Shown: positions 38,211 to 48,348 of the stretch, in pieces
How positions within the stretch are numbered: the stretch's first letter is position 1
How the letters are laid out: the number at the start of each line of letters is the position of its first letter
Assembly (NCBI RefSeq): GCF_013816785.1
Contig: NZ_JACDDV010000003.1
Coordinates: forward strand, 3,838 to 67,837
Source of the DNA: Sphingomonas sp.
Lineage (GTDB): Bacteria > Pseudomonadota > Alphaproteobacteria > Sphingomonadales > Sphingomonadaceae
Direction: 5' to 3'
Length of the DNA stretch: 64,000 nucleotides
Notes under the pieces: generated by a model
What the model was told of the DNA's origin: nothing
Databases searched by the model: none
What the model saw: only the letters and a program-made list of their open reading frames with translations
Program-made: the position numbers and the translations under genes

Positions 38211-39964
38211 GTGCCCTCTTCGCCTGCGGGGTGGAGCGCAGCCTGGCCGGCCAGCCATGGCGCTGGCGCCGCGCGGGCGGCGACGAGCTTGGTCGCGACC
38301 TCACCGACCAACTGCTGCTCGCCCGCGGAATCGAGGAAAGCGACCTCGCCCGACACCGCAGCCCAACGATCCGCGATTTCCTGCCCGATCCTTCCGTGTT
38401 CGCCGACATGGACAAGGCCGCCGACCGCCTCGCCGACGCGGTCGAAGCGGAAGAATCGATCGCCATATTCGGCGACTATGACGTCGACGGGGCGACCTCG
38501 GCGGCACTGCTGATGCTGCTGTTACGCCGCCTCGGCAATGAGCCAATGGTCTATATCCCCGACCGGCTGATGGAAGGCTATGGCCCGAGCGGCGCCGCGC
38601 TGGTCGAATTGAAGCGTCGCGGCGCTTCCCTGGCGATCACGGTCGATTGTGGGGCGCAGGCGTTCGAGGCGCTCGATGAGGCCGCCGCGGCCGGGCTCGA
38701 GGTGATCGTCTGCGACCATCACCAATGCGCCGCCCGCCTGCCGATTGCGCTGGCGATGATCAATCCCAACCGTCTCGACGAGAGCGCCGAGGGCGCGGCG
38801 CACGGCCATCTCGCCGCGGTCGGCATGGCGTTCCTGCTCGGCGTCGCCTTGCTGCGCGAACTTCGCCGGCGCGGTCGATTCGTCGGCGACCGCGCCGAGC
38901 CCAAGATCATCGACCTGCTCGACATCGTCGCGCTCGGCACCGTCGCCGATGTTGCGCGGCTCAAGACCCTCAACCGCGCCTTTGTGACGCAGGGCCTCAA
39001 GGTCATGAGCGAAGGCCGCAACATCGGTCTCGTCGCGCTCGCCGAGGCGGCGCGGCTCGTCAAAGCACCAAATTGCCGCGACCTCGGCTTCGCCCTCGGC
39101 CCGCGCATCAACGCGGGCGGCCGGGTCGGCAAGTCGGACTTGGGAGTCCGTCTGCTCACCACCGCCGACCCCGAGGAGGCCCGCGCCATCGCCGCCGAGC
39201 TCGACCGGCTGAACGAGGAGCGCCGCGCGATCGAGATGCTGGTCGGCGAACAGGCCAGCGAAGCCGCCGAGGCGCAAGCCAACGCCCCGCTGATCCTTGT
39301 CTCGGGCCGCGGCTGGCACCCCGGCGTGATCGGCATCGTCGCCAGCCGCTTGAAGGAGCGCTTCGGCCGGCCGGCGATTGTTGTCGCGGAAGAAGAGGAC
39401 GGCACGGGCAAGGGTTCGGGCCGGTCGATATCGGGCGTCGATCTGGGCGCGGCGGTGCTGGCGGCGATGGACAGCGGTTTGCTGATCGCGGGAGGCGGTC
39501 ATGCGATGGCCGCCGGGTTAACCGTGGCGCCGGGGGGAGTGGGCGCGTTAACCGAGTTTCTCCACGACCGGTTGGCCGCCGACATCGAGGCGGCGCGCGG
39601 CGGGCGCTCGCTGCTGCTCGATGCGCTGCTCTCGCCGGGCGGCGTGTCGGGGCCGCTTTGCGATGCACTCGACGCTGCAGGGCCTTATGGCGCTGGCTGG
39701 CCCCCACCACGCGTCGCCGCTGGGCCGGCGCGCCTGCTGCGCCCCGGCATTGTCGGCAACGGACATGTCCGCGCGATTGCCTGCGGCGACGACGGCAAGT
39801 CGTTCAAGCTGATCGCCTTCCGCGCCGCCGATACTCCGCTCGGCCAGGCGCTACTGTCGTCGTCCGGCGACCAGCGCTGGTGGCTCGCGGGCACGATCAA
39901 GCGCGACGAATGGAACGGCGGCAATGCGGCCGAAATGCACCTCGACGACGCCGCCCCTGCTTGA
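38207..39964 (+). CDS. recJ: single-stranded-DNA-specific exonuclease
   Basis: DHH motifs IAIFGDYDVDGATS, ITVDCG, VCDHH and DHHA1 GGGHAMAAG. The GTG start overlaps the ydbT-like stop (GTGA, 38207-38210). Confidence 0.9.
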   Translation: MSALFACGVERSLAGQPWRWRRAGGDELGRDLTDQLLLARGIEESDLARHRSPTIRDFLPDPSVFADMDKAADRLADAVEAEESIAIFGDYDVDGATSAALLMLLLRRLGNEPMVYIPDRLMEGYGPSGAALVELKRRGASLAITVDCGAQAFEALDEAAAAGLEVIVCDHHQCAARLPIALAMINPNRLDESAEGAAHGHLAAVGMAFLLGVALLRELRRRGRFVGDRAEPKIIDLLDIVALGTVADVARLKTLNRAFVTQGLKVMSEGRNIGLVALAEAARLVKAPNCRDLGFALGPRINAGGRVGKSDLGVRLLTTADPEEARAIAAELDRLNEERRAIEMLVGEQASEAAEAQANAPLILVSGRGWHPGVIGIVASRLKERFGRPAIVVAEEEDGTGKGSGRSISGVDLGAAVLAAMDSGLLIAGGGHAMAAGLTVAPGGVGALTEFLHDRLAADIEAARGGRSLLLDALLSPGGVSGPLCDALDAAGPYGAGWPPPRVAAGPARLLRPGIVGNGHVRAIACGDDGKSFKLIAFRAADTPLGQALLSSSGDQRWWLAGTIKRDEWNGGNAAEMHLDDAAPA

Positions 39965-40003
39965 CCGGCGGGCGGCCTTCCCCTAACCGCGCCCCGCTAC
40001 CAC

Positions 40004-40078
40004 GGCCCCTTCGTCTAAGGGTTAGGACGCGGCCCTTTCACGGCTGAAATACGGGTTCGAATCCCGTAGGGGTCACCA
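40004..40078 (+). tRNA. tRNA-Glu (anticodon UUC)
   Basis: Hand-folded cloverleaf: acceptor GGCCCCT/AGGGGTC, D stem GTCT/GGAC, anticodon stem CGGCC/GGCTG with loop CTTTCAC, T arm ACGGG-TTCGAAT-CCCGT, encoded CCA. Close to E. coli tRNA-Glu. Confidence 0.95.
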
Positions 40079-40079
40079 T
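40064..40079. repeat. attL: 16-bp direct repeat (3' end of tRNA-Glu)
   Basis: CCGTAGGGGTCACCAT is identical to 48349-48364. Confidence 0.8.
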
Positions 40080-40133
40080 AGTCAAGCGCTAAACACCTTG
40101 ACCATCCTGAATTTTTCTAACGAAGGGCAAGCG

Positions 40134-40197
40134 AGCCCCACATTTTGTCCCACACATATTTTCGGTCTTCGCTAAACGTCACGGCCCACTCTGGGAC
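40134..40197. repeat. imperfect direct repeat of the integrase 5' end plus upstream region (left copy)
   Basis: AGCCCCACATTTTGTCCCACAC... aligns with 48210-48273 (AGCCCCACATTTAGTCCCACAC...). The first 22 nt match 21/22; overall identity is roughly two-thirds by hand alignment. Confidence 0.6.
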
Positions 40198-40542
40198 AAG
40201 AGTATGCCGATAGGGCTTATCGGGTTCGGCACCGGCTGCTTTTGGCTGGAATCGGACGGTCTGCACCTGCGAGAGTGGCTTTTAAAGACAGCCATTCGTG
40301 CTGAACCTCCGGCGGAGGATCACGGGTACAATCGTGAATTGATCGATTTCACCAGGCACACTGATGTCGCCGATGTTCGCCGGCGCTGTCGAGCTTTGCC
40401 CTGTTGAAGAATGAACTTCGCTTGGATACGGTGAAGCTGCGAATTCGGCCGCGGGCACATTGACTTAAAAGTTAGCCCGCCAAACAGGATCGGATACGAC
40501 TGAGATCGGGCGATTCTGTAACTTTTGCGTCATTGGATCGAA

Positions 40543-40571
40543 TTGACATTCGAACCCTTAACTAGGCTAAT
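40543..40571 (+). promoter_or_regulatory. candidate sigma70-type promoter of the island efflux operon
   Basis: TTGACA (40543-40548), 17-nt spacer, GCTAAT (40566-40571). Motif match only. The -10 box overlaps the first ATG, so translation may start at ATG 40579. Confidence 0.25.
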
Positions 40572-40947
40572 GACGGTGATGTTCCGCTTATTCCATCTTG
40601 GTTTGCTGATAATGACGCTCATTGGTTTGATCGGCCAATCATCAGCGATGGCGATGGCACAGGCGGCTCCCGCGTCGCGTCATGCCTATGCGGTAAACTC
40701 GTGGGCGGCCGGGATGGACTGCGCGCAAATGCCGATGGCGCCTGGCCGGAACAAGGGACCGTGCAAGCAGATTTCGCTGCAGTGCATCGCAGCGATGGGC
40801 TGTTCGCCCTTGGCGCTGACGGTGCCTGATGTACGAAACGCGGAGGCCCAGAGCGTTGAGCCTTCCAAAACCACGCCTAGCGCGGTTGCCCGCCTCGCGG
40901 GTCGATCCTACGGTCCCGAACCGGATCCGCCCACTTTCCTGATCTGA
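40570..40947 (+). CDS. small exported Cys/Met-rich protein, unassigned (first gene of efflux operon)
   Basis: Leader ...FHLGLLIMTLIGLIGQSSAMAMAQA, then ...WAAGMDCAQMPMAPGRNKGPCKQISLQCIAAMGCSPLAL.... Four Cys and several Met. Not CusF-like. Start is 40570 or 40579. Confidence 0.55.
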   Translation: MTVMFRLFHLGLLIMTLIGLIGQSSAMAMAQAAPASRHAYAVNSWAAGMDCAQMPMAPGRNKGPCKQISLQCIAAMGCSPLALTVPDVRNAEAQSVEPSKTTPSAVARLAGRSYGPEPDPPTFLI

Positions 40948-41021
40948 CGCCCGGACTCCGTCACCTCGCCGCCTGACAGGTCGCGAAAACGACGGGCCAG
41001 CTCAGATCGAGGAATAACAAT

Positions 41022-42308
41022 ATGAACATGATTTCAGGCGCGAAGGCCTTGCCGCGCACTTCAGGCAAAGCAGCCGGCGTTGGGTTGTTGACGGCCGCAA
41101 TGCTGTCTATCGTCGTGGCCGCTCCAGCGCGGGCCGATCCCCTCAGTTTCGAACAGGCCATTGCTCGCGCCCAGGCGAACGCGCCCTCGCTCCAGGGGAA
41201 GCGGCTAGGGGCGCAAGCCAGCCAGGCGGCACGAGGAGCTGCTGGCGCGCTGCCGGACCCCAAATTGTCGCTTGGCATCGACAGTTTTCCAATTTCCGGG
41301 CCGCTCGCTTTCAAGCCGTCGCAGGATAATTTCACTTGGGTTAAAATGGGCGTGTCGCAAGATATTCCGAACCCGGCCAAGCGCCGCGCGCAGCGAAATC
41401 GCGCCGATGCCGACATCAATGCGGCCGAGGCCGAAGTCGCGCTTGAGGCGCGTACCGTCGAGGTTGGAACCGCGGTCGCATGGATCAAGCTCGCGTTTGC
41501 CCAGCAACGACTTGCCGTAGTCGATAAGCTGCGCGGCCAGCTTGACCGGCTCGTGCGAATCACCCCCAGCTCGGTCGCCGCAGGAACGGCGCGCCCGGCC
41601 CAAACCCTTGCGGGCCGACAGTCGTTGGCCGAGCTTGATGACCGGCGCGAAGATCTGATCGCCGAAACCGACCGCGCTCGCGCCGAACTGACCCGGTGGA
41701 CGGGGGACGTCGACCCGAGCATCGCCGGTCAGGTCCCCAACTTCGTGGTCGATAGGTCGATCCTTCGCCCCTCCCTCGACCAAAACCCCTTGCTCGCGCC
41801 GGTCGAGGCACGGATCGGCCAGGCGAGCGCCGATGTCCTACTGGCCGAGGCCGACCGAAAGTCCGATTTCGGGGTCGAGGCGGCTTATCAGCATCGTGAC
41901 CCGCGCTTTGGCGACTACGTATCCGCCGGGATCACGGTCAGCCTGCCATTTTTCACGCGAAACCGCCAGAATGCGCTGATCGCCGCCCGTCAAGCGCAAG
42001 CTGGACAGGCCGACGCCGAACGCGAGGCAGCCCTCCGGGCGCTCGCGGCTGACCTCGAAGCGCGGCTGGCGGACCATGCCATGCACCATGCGCAATGGAT
42101 GCGATCGCGGCGGACGCTCGAGCCTCTGGCCCGCGAGCGCGTAGGATTGGAGACCGCCAGCTATGGCGCCGGTCGCGCCAGCCTGGTCGAGGTCGTCGAT
42201 GCCCATATCGCGCTTGTCGACGCGGCGTTGACCACGCTTGACCGCGAGGCACTCGTCGAAATCGACGGCGCCCGACTGACCCTCACGTATCGGAGCGCCG
42301 GACGATGA
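41022..42308 (+). CDS. cusC: TolC-family outer-membrane efflux factor (CusC/CzcC-type)
   Basis: 428 aa, signal peptide, two OEP repeats. Stop overlaps the next start (ATGA). Confidence 0.85.
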   Translation: MNMISGAKALPRTSGKAAGVGLLTAAMLSIVVAAPARADPLSFEQAIARAQANAPSLQGKRLGAQASQAARGAAGALPDPKLSLGIDSFPISGPLAFKPSQDNFTWVKMGVSQDIPNPAKRRAQRNRADADINAAEAEVALEARTVEVGTAVAWIKLAFAQQRLAVVDKLRGQLDRLVRITPSSVAAGTARPAQTLAGRQSLAELDDRREDLIAETDRARAELTRWTGDVDPSIAGQVPNFVVDRSILRPSLDQNPLLAPVEARIGQASADVLLAEADRKSDFGVEAAYQHRDPRFGDYVSAGITVSLPFFTRNRQNALIAARQAQAGQADAEREAALRALAADLEARLADHAMHHAQWMRSRRTLEPLARERVGLETASYGAGRASLVEVVDAHIALVDAALTTLDREALVEIDGARLTLTYRSAGR

Positions 42309-43543
42309 CGCCATTTAACTTCATGCCACGCACTCCGGTGGGCCGGGCGATCATCCTTGCGATCCTCGCCAGCGTCGGCATCGGCTACGGCATCGCGCGA
42401 TGGATTGCGCCCTCGACATCTCAGGTCGCTGGCTCGGCGTCCGACGGGCGCAAGATCCTTTACTGGTATGACCCGATGGTTCCACGGGAGCGGTACGACA
42501 ACCCGGATTCGCTGTCTTCGATGGGAATGAAGACCCAGCCGAAATATGCCGAGGACGGCGCTTCCGATGGACCGCCGGGAGTCGTGGTAGACCCAGCTGC
42601 CAGGCAAAGCCTGGGTATCCGCCTCGCCGCCGTGGAAAGCGGAACGATCGAGTCCGATCTGGTGGTCAGCGGAACGGTCGGCTTCAACGAGCGCAATGTG
42701 GCGGTAATTCAAGCCCGGGCGAGCGGCTTCGTCCAGCGCGTTTACGACCGCGCACCGGGCGACGTCATCCGCGCGGGGGCGCCGATCGCCGACCTGCTGA
42801 TCCCCGAATGGGGTGGCGCGCAGGCCGAATATCGGGCGGTCCAGCAGACCGGCGACCGCGCGCTTATTGCCGCGTCGCGCCAGCGCCTGCGGCTGCTTGG
42901 GGCGCCCGGTGTCGGTGGCAATGGGACGACCACCATAAGAAGCCCGATCGGCGGGGTCATCCAGACGCTCGATGTCCGGCGAGGAATGACCTTATCTGCC
43001 GGGCAGACGCTCGCCCAGGTGACGGGCCTCGGCACGGTGTGGGTCAACGCCGCCGTCCCTGAAGCGCAGTCGGCGGGTATCAGGGTGGGACGCCCGGTCC
43101 GGGTCGAACTGACGGCATTTCCGGGCGAAAGCATCACTGGTCGAATCATCGCGGTACTGCCGACCACGCAGACGGAGAGCCGTACGCTGACGATGCGCGT
43201 CGAACTGCCCAATCGCGGCGGGCGATTGCGGCCGGGTATGTTCGCGACGGTACATTTGGCGGGCTCACTAGCGGGTGGACTTCTGGTTCCGAGCGAAGCA
43301 GTCATTCGAACCGGCAAGCGCAATCTGGTGATGGTCGCGGGCGCGGGCGGGCGCTATCGTCCGGTTGAGGTGCAAGTCGGTCGCGAAGGCGGCGGCAAGA
43401 CGCAGATCCTCGCCGGCCTTGCACCGGGGCAAAGAGTCGTCGCATCGGGTCAGTTCCTGCTCGATTCCGAAGCCAGCCTGAGCGGGATCGAGGCCAGTCC
43501 TGTCGGCGGCGAGCGCATGACCCCGCCGGAGCAGCGGCGTTGA
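42305..43543 (+). CDS. cusB: Cu(I)/Ag(I) efflux RND periplasmic adaptor
   Basis: KILYWYDPM...SMGMK..PKY retains the three N-terminal Met positions of CusB, followed by the MFP barrel domains. Confidence 0.9.
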   Translation: MTPFNFMPRTPVGRAIILAILASVGIGYGIARWIAPSTSQVAGSASDGRKILYWYDPMVPRERYDNPDSLSSMGMKTQPKYAEDGASDGPPGVVVDPAARQSLGIRLAAVESGTIESDLVVSGTVGFNERNVAVIQARASGFVQRVYDRAPGDVIRAGAPIADLLIPEWGGAQAEYRAVQQTGDRALIAASRQRLRLLGAPGVGGNGTTTIRSPIGGVIQTLDVRRGMTLSAGQTLAQVTGLGTVWVNAAVPEAQSAGIRVGRPVRVELTAFPGESITGRIIAVLPTTQTESRTLTMRVELPNRGGRLRPGMFATVHLAGSLAGGLLVPSEAVIRTGKRNLVMVAGAGGRYRPVEVQVGREGGGKTQILAGLAPGQRVVASGQFLLDSEASLSGIEASPVGGERMTPPEQRR

Positions 43544-46500
43544 TCGCCGCGATCATCCGCGCCTCGGTCAAGGCGCGCTACTTTGTCCTTCTCGCCGCCT
43601 TCGCGCTCGTCGTGATCGGCATCGGCGCGGTCAGGACGACGCCGGTCGACGCCCTCCCCGATCTCTCCGATGTCCAGGTGATCATCCGCACCACCTATCC
43701 CGGCCAGGCGCCGCGGATTGTCGAGGATCAGATCACCTATCCGTTGGCGACGACTATGTTGTCGGTGCCCGGCGCGCGCGTGGTGCGCGGCTATTCATTC
43801 GTTGGCGACAGCTTCGTCTACGTCCTTTTCGAGGAGGGCACCGACCTTTATTGGGCGCGCAGCCGCGTGCTCGAATATCTAAGCCAGGTCCAGGGCAGCT
43901 TGCCCGACGGCGCCACGGCATCGCTTGGCCCCGATGCGACCGGGGTCGGCTGGATCTACGAATATGCGCTGGTCGACAAAACCGGGCGCCACGACCTGTC
44001 GCAGCTGCGCAGCATCCAGGACTGGTTCCTGCGCTACGAGCTCAAGGCCATTCCGGGGGTCGCCGAGGTCGCGAGCGTCGGCGGGATGGTCAAGCAATAT
44101 CAGGTGGTGCTCGATCCGCAGAAGCTGGCGTCCTACGGAGTCACGCAAGCCGAAGTCACCGATGCGATCAAGCGCGCCAACCAGGAAACCGGCGGGTCGG
44201 TGATCGAACTGGCCGAGGCCGAATATATCGTCCGCGCCTCGGGCTATCTGACCTCGCTCGACGATTTCCGAGCGATACCGCTGAAGGCGGCGGCGGGTGG
44301 CATTCCGGTGCAGCTCGGCGATGTCGCGAACATCCAGCTTGGCCCCGACATGCGGCGGGGCCTCGCCGAACTCAATGGCGAGGGGGAGGTCGCCGGCGGC
44401 ATCATCGTCCTTCGCCAGGGCAAGAATGCGCGCGAGGTCATCGACGGCGTTCGCACCAAGCTCGACGAACTCAAGAAAAGCCTGCCGCCGGGGGTCGAGA
44501 TCATCACCACCTACGATCGCTCGGGGCTGATCGATCGCGCGGTCGAGAACCTCACGTCCAAGCTGATCGAGGAGTTCATCGTTGTCGCGCTCGTTTGCGG
44601 CCTGTTCCTGTGGCATGTCCGTTCGGCGCTGGTCGCGATACTAACGTTGCCGCTCGGCATTCTCATGGCGTTCACCGTCATGCGCATTCAGGGGCTCAAC
44701 GCCAACATCCTGTCGCTGGGCGGAATCGCGATTGCCATCGGGGCGATGGTCGATGCCGCCGTGGTCATGATCGAAAATGCACACAAGCATCTCGAGCATT
44801 GGGCGCGCGACAATCCGGATCGGACATTGGAGACACCCGAGCGGTGGAAAATCATAACCGAAGCGGCGGCCGAGGTCGGTCCGGCACTGTTTCTCAGCCT
44901 GCTCATCATCACATTCTCGTTCATCCCGATTTTTTCACTTCAGGGCCAGGAGGGACGGCTGTTCGCTCCGCTCGCCTTTACCAAGACCTACGCCATGGCG
45001 GCCGCAGCAATCCTGTCCATCACGCTCATTCCCGTCCTGATGGGTTTCCTTATCCGCGGAAAAATCCCGTCCGAGGAGGCCAACCCGATCAACCGCTGGC
45101 TGACCCACATTTATCGGCCGGCGCTCGATTGGGTACTCGAAAAACCAAAGAAGGCGCTGGTCGTCGCGACGCTTCTGTTTGCGACCAGCATCTGGCCGAT
45201 CAGCCAGCTCGGTGGCGAGTTCATTCCCCAGATGAACGAAGGCGACCTGCTTTACATGCCCTCGGCCTTGCCCGGTATTTCGGTCGCGAAGGCGGGAAGC
45301 TTGCTCCAGCTCACCGACCGGCTGATCAAGACCGTGCCCGAGGTCGACAGCGTCTTCGGCAAGGCCGGCCGCGCCGACACCGCCACCGACCCGGCCCCGC
45401 TGGAGATGTTCGAAACCACGATCCGCTTCAAGCCCAAGGACCAGTGGCGCCCCGGCATGACGCAGGACCGCCTGATCGAGGAACTGGACCGTGCCGTCAG
45501 GGTGCCGGGGTTGGCCAACTTCTGGATCCCGCCAATCCGCAACCGCATCGACATGCTGTCGACTGGTATCAAAAGCCCGATCGGCATCAAGGTTGCCGGC
45601 TCCAGTCTCACCGAGATCGACAGCGCCGCCCGCCGGATCGAGCAAGTGGCGAAAACCGTCCCCGGCGTCAGCTCGGCGCTCGCCGAACGTCTGACCGGCG
45701 GGCGCTATATCGACGTGATGGTCAATCGCGCGGCGGCAGCGCGTTACGGAATGAATGTCGCCGACGTTCAGGCGGTCGTGTCGGGCGCGATCGGCGGCGA
45801 AACGATCGGCCAGACGGTCGAGGGGCTGGCGCGCTATCCGATCAGCGTCCGTTATCCTCGGGAACTGCGCGACAGTATCGACGATCTGCGCAACCTGCCG
45901 GTCGTGACGCCATCGCTCCAGCAGATCACGCTGGGGACAGTGGCCAACGTCCGGATCAGCGAAGGCCCGCCGATGCTTCGCAGCGAGAACGGTCGCCCAG
46001 TGACGTGGATCTATATCGACGGACGCGGCCGCGCGCTCACCGCGATCGTCGGTGACTTGCAGCGAGCGATTGCCGCCCAGGTCAAACTGCCTCCCGGGAT
46101 CAGTGTCACCTACACTGGCCAGTTCGAGTTTCTGCAACGCGCCATCGAGAGATTGAAGATCGTCGTGCCGGTAACATTGCTGATCATCTTCCTTTTGCTC
46201 TATGCGACCTTCCGCCGGTTCGACGAGGCTTTGCTGATCATGGCGACCCTGCCGTTCGCGCTGACTGGCGGGCTGTGGCTGCTCTATCTGCTCGGTTATA
46301 ATCAGTCGGTCGCCACCGGCGTCGGCTTCATCGCGCTAGCCGGAGTGTCGGCTGAATTTGGCGTCGTCATGCTGATATATTTGAAGCACGCCTTGGCTGA
46401 GCGCGGCGCCGCACCGGACGAGGCGGCAATCAAGAGCGCCGTTCGTGAAGGCGCGCTGCTCCGCGTCCGTCCCAAAGCCATGACGGTGGCGGTCATCCTT

Positions 46501-46707
46501 GCCGGCCTGTTCCCGATCCTTGTCGGGACCGGCACCGGATCGGAAGTGATGAGCCGGATCGCGGCACCGATGATCGGCGGCATGATCACCGCGCCCCTTT
46601 TATCCATGCTGGTGATACCCGCGGGATTTTTGCTGTTGCGGCGGCGGCGCAAGAATCCAGTGTTCAGATTTGCGCGCGCACGAGCAGGGCCCGATACGAA
46701 TGTCTAA
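43540..46707 (+). CDS. cusA: Cu(I)/Ag(I) efflux RND permease
   Basis: Near-collinear with E. coli CusA. The Met triad contexts are conserved: [28 protein letters not shown]. The TTG start overlaps the cusB stop. Confidence 0.95.
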   Translation: MIAAIIRASVKARYFVLLAAFALVVIGIGAVRTTPVDALPDLSDVQVIIRTTYPGQAPRIVEDQITYPLATTMLSVPGARVVRGYSFVGDSFVYVLFEEGTDLYWARSRVLEYLSQVQGSLPDGATASLGPDATGVGWIYEYALVDKTGRHDLSQLRSIQDWFLRYELKAIPGVAEVASVGGMVKQYQVVLDPQKLASYGVTQAEVTDAIKRANQETGGSVIELAEAEYIVRASGYLTSLDDFRAIPLKAAAGGIPVQLGDVANIQLGPDMRRGLAELNGEGEVAGGIIVLRQGKNAREVIDGVRTKLDELKKSLPPGVEIITTYDRSGLIDRAVENLTSKLIEEFIVVALVCGLFLWHVRSALVAILTLPLGILMAFTVMRIQGLNANILSLGGIAIAIGAMVDAAVVMIENAHKHLEHWARDNPDRTLETPERWKIITEAAAEVGPALFLSLLIITFSFIPIFSLQGQEGRLFAPLAFTKTYAMAAAAILSITLIPVLMGFLIRGKIPSEEANPINRWLTHIYRPALDWVLEKPKKALVVATLLFATSIWPISQLGGEFIPQMNEGDLLYMPSALPGISVAKAGSLLQLTDRLIKTVPEVDSVFGKAGRADTATDPAPLEMFETTIRFKPKDQWRPGMTQDRLIEELDRAVRVPGLANFWIPPIRNRIDMLSTGIKSPIGIKVAGSSLTEIDSAARRIEQVAKTVPGVSSALAERLTGGRYIDVMVNRAAAARYGMNVADVQAVVSGAIGGETIGQTVEGLARYPISVRYPRELRDSIDDLRNLPVVTPSLQQITLGTVANVRISEGPPMLRSENGRPVTWIYIDGRGRALTAIVGDLQRAIAAQVKLPPGISVTYTGQFEFLQRAIERLKIVVPVTLLIIFLLLYATFRRFDEALLIMATLPFALTGGLWLLYLLGYNQSVATGVGFIALAGVSAEFGVVMLIYLKHALAERGAAPDEAAIKSAVREGALLRVRPKAMTVAVILAGLFPILVGTGTGSEVMSRIAAPMIGGMITAPLLSMLVIPAGFLLLRRRRKNPVFRFARARAGPDTNV

Positions 46708-47190
46708 AAATACGGACTAGCCGGTTCTATTTGTTCAAATGCACGCCACCGATCAGAAGGGTGCTGACGAGCCATGAAGAACTCAGCCGATTTAACGGCG
46801 GGTTTCGGGAGCCCTGTAAACATCCCGCGACGACTGCAATGAAACGCAAAGCAGACCCTGGCACTACCGCGAATCCAAGCTGCAAATAACCGGTGCTGTA
46901 ATAAATGGCGGAAATCTGGTATTTTTTATGGCTATGACACCAGTCCGTCGGCCGCAGTGCCAAGAAAATCGTCAAAAAGGGATGTGCAGACAATGGCTTA
47001 CGGCGCGACCAGTGCCGCAGCTTTATCTTGCCTTATGCCCGCCCCCTTCCCCAACCCGCCACCATTCATTCTTCTACGGCAAATCGAAGACCCCCCTGGA
47101 CGCAGGTGGACGCCCCTCACCCAGGAGAAAGGCGACCCAATTAGATGCCCCTCATAGTGGCCGATTTGCAGACGCTACCAGCATGATGTT

Positions 47191-48229
47191 TCACCCGATT
47201 AGCGTGGCCGATCGGCACGAAAAACCGCGCAATGCGCGGTCAACTTCGCATGTAAAAAGCATCGTCATGTCGCTGATCGCCTTCCCACGCGGTCCGGCGA
47301 ACACCAGCTGCTCGGTACCGACCTTTCCGTCGAGCGCGATACGCTCGCCGCGCAAGCGGCGCATGAGTGCGAGCCCCAGAGGGGACAGCGGCACGACATG
47401 CGGATCCTTCATCTTCATCCGGGTTCCCGGGAGCGACCAGGTGGGCCGCATCCAGATCGAACTCTCCCCAGGTCGCGAGGCGGGTCTCGTTCGATCGAAC
47501 CGCAGTCAGCACCGTCAGTTTTAGGGCGTCTCGCCCAACGCTGTTCTCGAGCGTCGAAAGCTCATGCATGAAGGCCGGCACCTTGGCGTAGGGCATGGAC
47601 GCAAAGTGAATGACCTGTCGAGTTTGGCGGGGCAGGCCACGCGTAACCGAACGAAGTGATATCTCCTCGGGCACGAACCCCTTGATGTGGGCGTAGTCGA
47701 GCGTCGTCCTGATCCGCTGCAATATCCGCCGCGCGGTGTCGGGAATGGTCAGCCAGATTGGCTCCAGCACGCCAAGGACGGCGGCGCTATCGACCGCATC
47801 GATCGGGGTCCTGCCGATCAGCGGGAAGACGTAGTTCGTGAGGCTTGGCGTCCACGACGGATGCTCGCCCCCCTTCCATCCGCCCTTCATCGCGTCATAG
47901 CAGGACCTAGCCACTGTCTCGAAACTCGGCGCTGCCATGCGGCGCAGTCCCAGCTCCTTGACCGGATCGAGGCCATTGCGGATCATCCGCCGATAATCGG
48001 CGACGGCGATCCGGGCGTCACTCAGTGATACCTCGCTCACGGACCCAAGGCCAAAGTCGCGCCGCCGGCCGCGATGTTGAATGCGGAGCATCCACGACTT
48101 CGACTGGCTGTTACGGACGACGAGGTAAAGCCCGTGCATATCGGCATACCGGCCAGGACGGGCGTAACGGACTTTAAGCGCGGTTAGCGGCACGAACTGA
48201 CCCTTTCGCAGCCCCACATTTAGTCCCAC
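47191..48229 (-). pseudogene. P4-type tyrosine integrase, frameshifted and C-terminally degraded
   Basis: The N-terminal 255 aa (...LTALKVRYARPGRYADMHGLYLVV...) continue in another frame (TWSLPGTRMKMKDPHVVPLSP...) after an extra base in the GCGGCCCACC run near 47445. The reading frame ends at 47191 before the HxxR/Tyr catalytic region. Only scrambled traces follow. Confidence 0.85.
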
Positions 48230-48273
48230 ACTTTGTGCTGGATTTAGCGAACATCAGTGGCACTGACTGGGAC
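48210..48273. repeat. imperfect direct repeat of the integrase 5' end plus upstream region (right, functional-context copy)
   Basis: Contains the integrase GTG start (48227-48229, minus strand). Partner copy at 40134-40197. Confidence 0.6.
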
Positions 48274-48348
48274 CGATGTTCCGCCTTCAATCGAGCAATA
48301 TCAATGTGTTGAGACTTCCTGGGTTATCTTGCTACGAAGATTTTCTAG

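Noticed and set aside
38725-40047. 440-aa plus-strand ORF in an alternative frame of recJ
   Set aside because: The translation is extremely Arg/Pro/Gly-rich, it overlaps the well-supported recJ frame, and it runs through the tRNA-Glu gene.
40204-40407. 67-aa ORF in the AT-richer left end of the island
   Set aside because: It has no RBS, no recognisable domain and atypical composition. I cannot support it as a gene, although a small island-encoded regulator is not excluded.
43851-46137. 734-aa plus-strand alternative-frame ORF and 400-aa minus-strand ORF within cusA
   Set aside because: The CusA frame has near-collinear homology including the Met triad. The alternative frames are Arg/Gly/Pro-rich shadows.
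46727-46993. 88-aa minus-strand ORF downstream of the integrase remnant
   Set aside because: It lies in the AT-richer degraded region, has no integrase-like motifs and no RBS. It is likely non-coding remnant DNA.
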